From positions 2,624,001 to 2,688,000 of the forward strand of contig CAWDML010000001.1 in the NCBI GenBank assembly GCA_963803435.1: a DNA stretch of 64,000 nucleotides, read 5' to 3'. The notes under the pieces are model-generated. The model saw only the letters and a list, made by a program, of their open reading frames with translations. It did no database searches and was not told the origin of the DNA. Of the stretch, positions 21,020 through 28,459 are shown piece by piece. A program made the translations under genes and the position numbers. Numbering within the stretch: position 1 is the stretch's first letter; every line of letters starts with the position of its first letter. Origin of the DNA: an uncultured delta proteobacterium (lineage in GTDB: Bacteria > Myxococcota > Kuafuiibacteriia > Kuafuiibacteriales > Kuafuiibacteriaceae).

Positions 21020-21763
21020 ATGCTGACCGAACCAACAAAGGACAAGCTGTACGCGATGCGGCTGATTGCGATGGCCGCCGCCTGGCAGGAGCAACAGAGC
21101 GACGGAAAAATGAACGCACTCGGGTTCGACGAGCGCTTCGGCATGCTGGTCGACGCCGAGTACCTCGCCCGCGACAACCGTCGCCTCAAGCGTCTGCTCA
21201 AGGACGCGCAACTCCGCTTGCCGGAGGCCTGCCTCGAAGACGTGGAGGTATCGGCTACACGAGGGCTCGAACGCGGGCTGGTCGCCCAGCTCGCCACCTG
21301 CGCCTGGGTCGGCGAACACCACAACGTCATCATTTCAGGGCTCACGGGCGTCGGGAAAAGTTACCTGGCCTGCGCCCTCGGGCAGATCGCATGTCGAAGA
21401 GGCTTCCGCGCTCTCTACCGTCGGGTGCCCCGTCTCTTCGAGGAGCTCAGTCTGGCGAAGGCCGACGGATCCTACGCGCGGCTCCTCGGCAAGCTGGCGC
21501 GCTTCGACGTCCTGATCTTGGACGACCTCGGGATCGGCTCCCTCAAGGAGCCCCAGCGACACGACCTACTCGAGGTCCTCGAGGATCGCTACGGTCGCCG
21601 ATCTGCCGTCGCGACGAGCCAACTTCCGGTCGGAAAATGGCACGAGTGGATCGGCGATCCGACCCTCGCCGACGCCATCTTGGACCGGCTCGTCCACAAC
21701 GCCTTCAAGGTCTCCTTGACAGGACCCTCCCGGAGGAAGGAGCAGGGCAAGAGGAGGAACTGA
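21020..21763 (+). CDS. istB: IS21 helper AAA+ ATPase IstB (inner element)
   Basis: Walker A GLTGVGKS, Walker B LILDDLG, ADAILDRLVH. Confidence 0.95.
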   Translation: MLTEPTKDKLYAMRLIAMAAAWQEQQSDGKMNALGFDERFGMLVDAEYLARDNRRLKRLLKDAQLRLPEACLEDVEVSATRGLERGLVAQLATCAWVGEHHNVIISGLTGVGKSYLACALGQIACRRGFRALYRRVPRLFEELSLAKADGSYARLLGKLARFDVLILDDLGIGSLKEPQRHDLLEVLEDRYGRRSAVATSQLPVGKWHEWIGDPTLADAILDRLVHNAFKVSLTGPSRRKEQGKRRN

Positions 21764-21853
21764 AACCAGACGGCCAGACGTCGCTTCGCTCCGGCACGGG
21801 CTCCGGCGTTCACGATGGCGCGAAACGAGTGTTCACGATGGGCGAAATACGCA

Positions 21854-22118
21854 CCATGGGAAGCGCGCCAAGCTATACGAGAAGCGCCAACAGATCCTCA
21901 ACCTTGGTCCTGCGGCGCTCGCGTTGCTCACAGAGATCACTCACCAAGATCCCAAGCTTTCACACCGGCGCGTCGAGGAGCTGTACGAGTTGCTCGAGCA
22001 ATATGGAGACAACGTCCTGCGCTCCGCCATCACCCAGACCGTCGAGGAGGGGCGTCTCTCTGTCGCCGGAGTACGTCGCGGGATCCTAGCGAACGCGGCG
22101 CGCCGAGGTGCGCGATGA
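21854..22118 (+). pseudogene. istA: Outer IstA, C-terminal fragment
   Basis: In-frame continuation HGKRAKLYEKRQQILNLG...LTEITHQDPK; stop overlaps the istB ATG. Confidence 0.8.
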
Positions 22119-23020
22119 CGACCGACCTCGACGTGTTTCTCAGACGTCTTCACCTGGCCAATGCACGTCGCGTTTGGCGAGCGCTGGTTGAGCGCGCCGA
22201 GAAGGAGCAGTGGTCGCATGGGCAGCTCCTGGAGACGCTCTTCGCGGAGGAGATCGCGCACCGCCGGGGCACGAGGCTGATGCGGGCCACGCGCACGGCC
22301 GCGTTCCCCTTCTTACGGACGGTCGAGGAGTTCGACTTCTCGTATCAGTCGGCGCTCCGTCTCACCACGATCGGCTCTCTGCTCGCACCCGACTTCGTCA
22401 CCGAAGGCCGCTCGGTGATCCTCGAAGGCAAGCCGGGTCGAGGAAAGACCCATCTGGCGATCGCCATCGCGTATCGCGCCTTGCAGAACGGCTTCGATGC
22501 GTTGTTCACCACGGCCGCTGAGCTCATCGATCACCTCTCCTCGGCGAGTCGCTCGGGGCGTCTGCAGGACGCAATCGCCAAGTACCTAAAGCCGAACGTC
22601 CTTGTAGTCGATGAGGTCGGCTACCTCGCGTGCAGCGACGACGCTGCCAACGTGCTCTATCACGTCGTGAATGACCGCCACATTCGGCGCCGATCGATGC
22701 TCTTCACGACGAACAAGCATCCGAAACGTTGGGGCGTGGCGCTTCACGATGAGGACTTGGCCGAGGCAATCGTCGACCGGATTCTTGAACGAGGACGCTT
22801 GTTGCGCCTCGACGGCCCGTCGGTGAGAACGAAACACTTGCCCGAAGACGACCTCGTCGAGGAGGTTCAGGACAACTCAACCGGCAGCAGAATTTCTGGA
22901 AAAACGGCAGCAGAGTTTCCGGAACGCACAAACCCGACGGAGCTTCGTGGCACGTATGTGGCACATCAACTATCCGAAATCAGTGTCGCACTCATCCAAC
23001 TGCGCGAACGGCCATCATAA
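22115..23020 (+). CDS. istB: IS21 helper ATPase IstB (outer element); reads through the IR and stops in flanking DNA
   Basis: GKPGRGKT, LVVDEVG, AEAIVDRILERG; no stop before the element end at 22930. Confidence 0.9.
   Translation: MTTDLDVFLRRLHLANARRVWRALVERAEKEQWSHGQLLETLFAEEIAHRRGTRLMRATRTAAFPFLRTVEEFDFSYQSALRLTTIGSLLAPDFVTEGRSVILEGKPGRGKTHLAIAIAYRALQNGFDALFTTAAELIDHLSSASRSGRLQDAIAKYLKPNVLVVDEVGYLACSDDAANVLYHVVNDRHIRRRSMLFTTNKHPKRWGVALHDEDLAEAIVDRILERGRLLRLDGPSVRTKHLPEDDLVEEVQDNSTGSRISGKTAAEFPERTNPTELRGTYVAHQLSEISVALIQLRERPS
22947..22965 (-). repeat. Tandem 7-mer with 11-bp period (GTGCCAC-ATAC-GTGCCAC on - strand), possible integrase arm-type site
   Basis: Seen directly; inverted relative to 17873..17891 and ~36 bp from it once the IS is removed. 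Confidence 0.45.
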
Positions 23021-23130
23021 TTTCTTGCCGGCGTACTATGTTTCGCGAACTTCGCTTCCACCTCTCCATCGCAGTGATCTCGACGCGCTTGCAAGAGCGA
23101 TCCCTCTCCATGAACAGCGAACGATTCGGA

Positions 23131-23233
23131 GACCTCGCTCCAGGCCATAACGGCCGCGTCTTCCGACGCGACCTCCGCACGTCGCGTGGAAGACGCCCTT
23201 TCAGGGCGCGACCTCGCTCCAGGCCATAACGGC
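23131..23233. repeat. Perfect 24-bp direct repeat GACCTCGCTCCAGGCCATAACGGC (23131-23154, 23210-23233); candidate att core
   Basis: The second copy lies in the 3' end of the APH-family gene (AVMAWSEV). It sits at the island/core transition. Confidence 0.7.
23156..23196 (-). terminator. GC-rich stem-loop just downstream of the APH-family gene
   Basis: GCGTCTTCC-G-ACGCGAC-[8 nt]-GTCGCGT-GGAAGACGC; no clear U-tract on the - strand. Confidence 0.5.
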
Positions 23234-24250
23234 GAGCTGGGTGGCGATCTTGCCGTAGCCGCCGGCCTTGGCGTCGCTGGCGTTGCCGTCGAGGGCGCGC
23301 TTGTAGACGCCCTGGCAGATGGCGGCGATCCGGAAGAGCGCGAAGGCGACGAAGAAGCCGAAGCTGGGGACTCCGGTGCGGCCGGTGCGCTCGCAGTATC
23401 GGGCCACGTAGCGCGCTTCGGGTGGGATGCCGAGGGCGGCGGTGTCGACGCCGAGGAGCCCGGAGAGCTCACCTTGGGTCGGCGGCAGGTGGTAGGCCAT
23501 GCAGTTGTAGGCGAGGTCGCCGAGCGGATGGCCGAGGGTCGAGAGCTCCCAGTCGAGGACGGCGAGCACCTTGGGCTGGGTCGGATGAAACATCAGGTTC
23601 CCCGGCCGGAAGTCGCCGTGCACGATCGTGGTCTCCTCCTCCTCGGGCAGATGCTCGAGCAGCCAGGGCATCAATCGCTCCATCGCCTCGATCGTCGAGG
23701 TCTCGGACGCGCGGTACTGCTGCGACCAGCGCTCGATCTGCCGCCGCACGTAGCCCTCAGGCTTGCCGAAGTCCTCGAGCCCCCGCGCGCGCCAATCGAC
23801 CGAGTGGAGCGTGGCCAGCGTCCGGTTCATCTCGTCGTAGAGCGCCGCCCGCTCCTCGGGAGAGACGTCGGGCATCGTCGGATCGTGAAAGACGCGACCC
23901 TCGATGAAGTCCATGACGTAGAACGGCGTGCCGATGATCCCGGGATCCTCCGCGAGCAGGTGCGCGTGCGGCACCGGAACGCCCGAGCCCTCGAGCGCCC
24001 GAATGATGCGGAACTCGCGCTCGATCAGGTGGGCCGAAGGGAGCAGCTTTCCCGGCGGCTTCTTGCGGAGCACGAAGCGGCGGCTGGGCTCACCCGCGGT
24101 GAGGAGGAACGTCGGGTTCGACTGCCCTCCCGCGAACTGCTCGACCGTGAGAGGGCCCGCGAACGTCTCGAGGTGCTCGCCGAGGTAGCGGGCCAGCGCC
24201 GCCTCGTCGAACCGATGGGCCTCGCGGACCGGGATCAGCTTCTGGGTCAT
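23201..24250 (-). CDS. APH/choline-kinase-like phosphotransferase (ACAD10/11-type)
   Basis: GGQSNPT, VLRKKP, HGDFRPGN, VLDWELSTLGHPLGD. Confidence 0.9.
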   Translation of the reverse strand: MTQKLIPVREAHRFDEAALARYLGEHLETFAGPLTVEQFAGGQSNPTFLLTAGEPSRRFVLRKKPPGKLLPSAHLIEREFRIIRALEGSGVPVPHAHLLAEDPGIIGTPFYVMDFIEGRVFHDPTMPDVSPEERAALYDEMNRTLATLHSVDWRARGLEDFGKPEGYVRRQIERWSQQYRASETSTIEAMERLMPWLLEHLPEEEETTIVHGDFRPGNLMFHPTQPKVLAVLDWELSTLGHPLGDLAYNCMAYHLPPTQGELSGLLGVDTAALGIPPEARYVARYCERTGRTGVPSFGFFVAFALFRIAAICQGVYKRALDGNASDAKAGGYGKIATQLAVMAWSEVAP

Positions 24251-24266
24251 CGACCCAGGCGGTACC

Positions 24267-25004
24267 TCAGTCGGAGAGTCGAGTCACCACGACCCAGCGG
24301 CGCCCCCACGGATTGACGTACTCCTCCTCGGAGCGGCGCGCTTGGATCAGCGCCTCGCGCTCGGCGAAGCGCTCCTCGCCGCGGACCATCAGGAACAGGA
24401 GGCCGCCGATCAACGCCAGCGAGAGCTGTCCGAAGAGCAGGCCGACGGCGATGAAGACGACGCCGAACGCACGCGACACGGTGGCGGCCACGCGGGTCGC
24501 CTGCAGGCGCCCCATACGCCGTTGAAGGGCCGCCCGGAAGATGCGGCCTCCGTCCATCGGTAGGGCGGGGACCAGGTTGAAGACGGCCATCGCCACGTTC
24601 ACCGCCGCTGCGTAGGCGAGCAGATCGACAGGGCCGGGCGCGCCCATGTTCAGGGAGGCGCCCAAGAGAAATGAGAGACCGACGAAGAGGAGACCCAGGA
24701 GGAAGGAGACGAGGGGACCGGCGGCGGCGATCAGGATCTCCTGTCGCGGTGTCCGCGGCATCTCGGTCATCATCGCCATGCCGCCGAGAAGATGGAGATC
24801 GATGCTGGCGATCCGGATGCCGTAGCGCTGCGCCACCACGGAGTGACCGAGCTCGTGGAGCAGCACCGAGCCGAAGAGGATCACGCCGGCCGGAATGCCC
24901 ATCCAGCCGAAGCGGAGGAGCATCAGCGCGAACACCGCGAGGAGCGTGATGTGGAGGCGGATTGGAATTCCCCTGATGGTTCCGAGCTTGAGCGCGCTGA
25001 ACAT
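24267..25004 (-). CDS. Site-2 protease (peptidase M50)
   Basis: HELGH zinc motif, AAAGP, NLVPALPMDGGR, several TM segments. Confidence 0.9.
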   Translation of the reverse strand: MFSALKLGTIRGIPIRLHITLLAVFALMLLRFGWMGIPAGVILFGSVLLHELGHSVVAQRYGIRIASIDLHLLGGMAMMTEMPRTPRQEILIAAAGPLVSFLLGLLFVGLSFLLGASLNMGAPGPVDLLAYAAAVNVAMAVFNLVPALPMDGGRIFRAALQRRMGRLQATRVAATVSRAFGVVFIAVGLLFGQLSLALIGGLLFLMVRGEERFAEREALIQARRSEEEYVNPWGRRWVVVTRLSD

Positions 25005-25109
25005 CGAGCCCTTTTGTAAGCACGCGGATTCTCGGAGGTAAAACACAACCCAAAGCGGGCCTTTTCAGCGGTTTGCGGCCCAAGCCCGGACCATGGCGGT
25101 ATAGGGGCC

Positions 25110-26840
25110 GTGGGCGGAAGGACCGGACACGGGGGCGCGGCGCTCCTGGCGAGCGCCCTGATCGCCGGGTGCGGCGCAAATTTCGACGGCTTCCCGCAGG
25201 AGGGACCCGCGATGGTGCCGCCGCCCACCCGTGAGCCCGAGCTGGGTCGGATCCGCGAAGACTTCAACAACCGTGACCTCATCGCCTCCGAGACCGGGGG
25301 CGTCGTCGTCGACGTCAACCGCGGGATCGCCACGCTGGCCGCGGAGCGCTTCCCGGACTTCGACAGCAACGGGGCCGTGAACGCGTACGATCAGCCGACC
25401 TATCAGAACGGGCTGATCGAGGCCGAGGCGATCATCGTGCACGAAGGCGCCACGCTCGAGGCCTCCGACTCCGTCGAGCTCCGCGCCGAGGATCGCGTGA
25501 TCATCGCCGGCACACTCGACGTGGGTCGCGGAGGCGTCACGATCATCGCGCGCGAGCGGATCCAGATCGACGGCACCATCACCAGCGAAGGCCCGGTGCG
25601 GCTCCTGCTCGCCGACGACACCGGCACCATCGAGATCGGCGGCAGGATCGCGGCGCGCTCCACCGTCCTCGGCACCAGTGACGTCCGCATCTACGGACGT
25701 GGCTCGATCCAGATCGCGGGCGAGATCTCGACCATCGGCGTGATCGGAGCGCTGGGTGGCAACATCGACGTCTACTCGTACGGTGATCTCGTGATCTCCG
25801 GCGAGACGGCGCATCTCTTCACGACCAGCGAGCCGCAGGGCATCGCCGGCGGGATCACGCTGCAGAGCGAGTCGAATGTCACCGTCGAGCGAGGCGCCTG
25901 GCTGGGCGGCATGCCGACCGACAACATCGTCCCCGACACGCTCGAGCCCGGGGGCGACATCGAGCTCATCGGCACCAACCTCACGCTCGGCGACGACGTC
26001 CGGATCGCGGCGACGGGAACTGCGCTCCGCGAGGGCGGACGCGTGCTCCTGACCGCGACCGGCCGCATGTTCACGGGGCACCGCACGCTCCTCGCAGCCG
26101 GCTACGGTCCCAGCGGCGGATCGGTGGTCCTGCGCGCTGCCTCGATCGAGCTCGGCGAGGCGACCCGTGTCGCCGCCGGCGGAGGAAGCGCCGAACCCGG
26201 ACGCGTCGAGATGCATGCGGTCGACAACCTGGCCCTCTCTCCCTTCGCCCGCATCGAGGGCGGTGCGGGACAGTGCGCCCGCGGTGGAGACATCAGCCTC
26301 GAGGTCGGCGGGCCTCTCTCGGCCGGCGAAGGCGCGCAGATCATCGGCGGCGCCGGGAACACCAACGCGACCTGCGGCCGTACCCATCCCGGCGGCGCGA
26401 TCATCATCTTCGCCCGCGACGCAATCGGACTGACCGCAGCGCTCATCCCCGGCACCGGCGCACAGCCCGGCTCCGTCGACGTGAACATCGTGCCCGACTA
26501 CCTGGTGCCGCCCGCCAACCTCCAGGTCGGCGGCGGCGGCTATCTCGAGTCCGTCACGATCGATCGGGGAGATGACGCGATCGATCGCATCCCGCGCCTC
26601 GTCGAGGTCATCGCAGACACGCCCGCCGACACGCAGGTCAGCATCCAGCTGGCCGGCGCGGATCAGGCGGACGGACCGTTCGAGGACTGGCTCCCGATCA
26701 CCTCGGACGCCAACGACAAGAAGCTGGAGAGCTTCGTCGGCCGGCGCTGGGTGCGCTACCGCGTGGTCCTCGAGGGGCGAAAGTTCGACGTCCCCGTCCT
26801 GGACTACTTCGAGATCGATCTGGCCCCCGCCGGATACTGA
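25110..26840 (+). CDS. Putative lipoprotein with Gly-rich beta-helix-like repeats
   Basis: Lipobox LIAGC; recurrent GGxIxI/V repeats. Confidence 0.6.
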   Translation: MGGRTGHGGAALLASALIAGCGANFDGFPQEGPAMVPPPTREPELGRIREDFNNRDLIASETGGVVVDVNRGIATLAAERFPDFDSNGAVNAYDQPTYQNGLIEAEAIIVHEGATLEASDSVELRAEDRVIIAGTLDVGRGGVTIIARERIQIDGTITSEGPVRLLLADDTGTIEIGGRIAARSTVLGTSDVRIYGRGSIQIAGEISTIGVIGALGGNIDVYSYGDLVISGETAHLFTTSEPQGIAGGITLQSESNVTVERGAWLGGMPTDNIVPDTLEPGGDIELIGTNLTLGDDVRIAATGTALREGGRVLLTATGRMFTGHRTLLAAGYGPSGGSVVLRAASIELGEATRVAAGGGSAEPGRVEMHAVDNLALSPFARIEGGAGQCARGGDISLEVGGPLSAGEGAQIIGGAGNTNATCGRTHPGGAIIIFARDAIGLTAALIPGTGAQPGSVDVNIVPDYLVPPANLQVGGGGYLESVTIDRGDDAIDRIPRLVEVIADTPADTQVSIQLAGADQADGPFEDWLPITSDANDKKLESFVGRRWVRYRVVLEGRKFDVPVLDYFEIDLAPAGY

Positions 26841-26892
26841 GCTCCCACGCGAAGCTTCGACGATGGTCGGCCGTCGGGTCCGCGTGGGATCA

Positions 26893-27012
26893 CGGATCGA
26901 AGCGCAGCGGCGCCTCTATCGGCTGAGACCGGAGCCGCTCATGGAGCTCGACTCATGGCTCGTTCCCTTCCGCCGCTTCTGGTCGAAGCAACACCTCGAC
27001 AAGATGGAGAAG
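26893..27012 (+). pseudogene. C-terminal remnant of an ArsR/SmtB-family regulator
   Basis: RIEAQRRLYRLRPEPLMELDSWLVPFRRFWSK resembles ArsR C-termini; no N-terminal HTH is present. Confidence 0.5.
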
Positions 27013-27222
27013 GTGCCGTTGGCACCGCTGGCGCCGCCTCCAGGCCGCGCCGGCGAGCGAGCGACAGGTCAGTCAGCTCTGAGGCGAGCGGCGATCCGCA
27101 GGGCGAAGGTCGAGACGCCACCGGCCAGCTCGATGGTGCCGGAAGGTGGGTCGCCCTCACGCAGAGCGTCGTTCCAGAGGCCGACGCGATCGGCAAGGCC
27201 GCGCTCGTCGAGCTGCCGGCAC

Positions 27223-27630
27223 TCATCCGAGCGCGCTCATCAAGCCAACGCCGAGCGCGAGCAGGCAGAGCGACAGAACGACGGCGCCGATCCGGACCAG
27301 CGCGATCAGGGGGCCGACGCGATCCTTGCCGGCCGCTGCGCCGAAGAAGCCGCCGCTGATCAAGATCGGCGGGAGCATGAAGCCGGCCCGGAGCGGCCAG
27401 GCGAAGGCGGAGAGTGGGCGCGCCTGATCGATCAGAGGCTGGGCGACCAGCGCGAGGATCACGAGGACACCGGCATGGGCGTGCCCGGCCCGGAAGAGCG
27501 AACGCTGGAGATCGTTGAAGCGACCGTTGAAGCCGCCGGAGAGGATACGGAGGAGGAAGGTGCCGCCGAACGCGATTGTCGGCACCGTGATGAGCAGGAT
27601 TCCACAACAGAGCTTGGCGGCGTCGGACAT
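27223..27630 (-). CDS. Small integral membrane protein, conserved-hypothetical type
   Basis: About four hydrophobic segments with FRAGHAHAGV; divergent from TetR. Confidence 0.65.
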   Translation of the reverse strand: MSDAAKLCCGILLITVPTIAFGGTFLLRILSGGFNGRFNDLQRSLFRAGHAHAGVLVILALVAQPLIDQARPLSAFAWPLRAGFMLPPILISGGFFGAAAGKDRVGPLIALVRIGAVVLSLCLLALGVGLMSALG

Positions 27631-27650
27631 CGGCATGAAGACCTCGCTGG

Positions 27651-27700
27651 CTAGACAGTGTCTAGTTGACAGCGTCTACCTCCGCCTTGACACTGTCAAG
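27651..27700. promoter_or_regulatory. Three TetR-type operator palindromes
   Basis: CTAGACAGTGTCTAG (27651-27665), GTTGACAGCGTCTAC (27665-27679) and CTTGACACTGTCAAG (27686-27700) in the divergent intergenic region. Confidence 0.75.
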
Positions 27701-27703
27701 CCG

Positions 27704-28318
27704 ATGGATCTCCGGAGCCGCATCCTGGCGGCGAGCGTGCGGCTCATCGAGGAACAGGGGCTGGGCGCGCTCTCGATGCGGGAGGTGGCGCGCCGGGCCG
27801 GCGTGAGCCACCAGGCCCCCTATCACCACTTCGCGGATCGGGAGGCGATCCTGGCAGCGGTGGCCGAGGAGGGATTTCGCCGCTTGAGCGCCGAGTTGGA
27901 GGCCGCTGTCGCGCGACCCTCGCTGGCCGCGATCGATCGGCTCGTCGAGAGCGGTCGCGGTTATGTCCGCTTCGCTACGTCGAATCCGGCCCACTTCCGC
28001 GTGATGTTTCGCCCCGAGCTGGTCGATCTGGAGAAGCACCCCTCGGCTCTGGCCGAGGCCCAACGTGCGTTCGAGACGCTGGAGCGGCTGGTCGGCTTCG
28101 CGGTCGAGGAGAGAGTGATCGAGCCTCGCTTCGCGGGTGGAACCGTGACGCTCGCATGGGCGTTCGTACACGGCCTCTCCGGTCTGGTCCTGGACGGTCC
28201 GCTCGCCAAGGGAGGCGACGGCGCTTCTCCGGAGCAACGGGTGGAGGCAGCGCTGCGGGCGTACGGGCGGCTCCTCTCCGGTCCGACCTCCCGCCGCCGG
28301 TCCCGCCGCAGGCGGTGA
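27704..28318 (+). CDS. TetR/AcrR-family transcriptional regulator
   Basis: LSMREVARRAGVSHQAPYHHFADRE HTH; WAFVHG C-domain. Confidence 0.92.
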   Translation: MDLRSRILAASVRLIEEQGLGALSMREVARRAGVSHQAPYHHFADREAILAAVAEEGFRRLSAELEAAVARPSLAAIDRLVESGRGYVRFATSNPAHFRVMFRPELVDLEKHPSALAEAQRAFETLERLVGFAVEERVIEPRFAGGTVTLAWAFVHGLSGLVLDGPLAKGGDGASPEQRVEAALRAYGRLLSGPTSRRRSRRRR

Positions 28319-28459
28319 CCCTGTGAGCTCATCCGATCGCACCGACTGCTGAGCAGGCGGAGTTGCGGGTCTAGAGACTGTCCGATTCGGCGCGCTCGAT
28401 CTCGATCTCTCGGTGTCGCCACCGACGGGCCGAGCCTCGTCCGAAGGTGGTCGATCTCG

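Larger units (their letters stand above)
19220..21853 (+). mobile_element. IS21-family insertion sequence (inner, intact istA-istB)
   Basis: Left end TGCGCGTATCGCCCGATCGTGAAC; right end reverse complement TGCGTATTTCGCCCATCGTGAAC. Flanked by (T/C)CATGG; removing it restores the outer istA frame (AAVHG/KRAKLYEKRQQ). Confidence 0.92.
17917..22930 (+). mobile_element. IS21-family insertion sequence (outer), interrupted by a second IS21
   Basis: IRL TGATGGTTCCGGAAATTCTGCTGCC and IRR reverse complement TGTGCGTTCCGGAAACTCTGCTGCC, each with an internal second copy. TG...CA ends; 5-bp target duplication AACCC at 17912-17916 and 22931-22935. Confidence 0.92.

Noticed and set aside
23131-23233. tRNA fragment or mini-CRISPR (repeat-spacer-repeat)
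   Set aside because: No cloverleaf; one repeat copy is coding sequence of the APH gene and the intervening DNA is its stop codon plus a hairpin.
23201-24250. Aminoglycoside resistance gene
   Set aside because: Motifs (GGQSNPT, LRKKP, DWELSTLG) fit the ACAD10/11-like metabolic kinase subfamily rather than a resistance APH.
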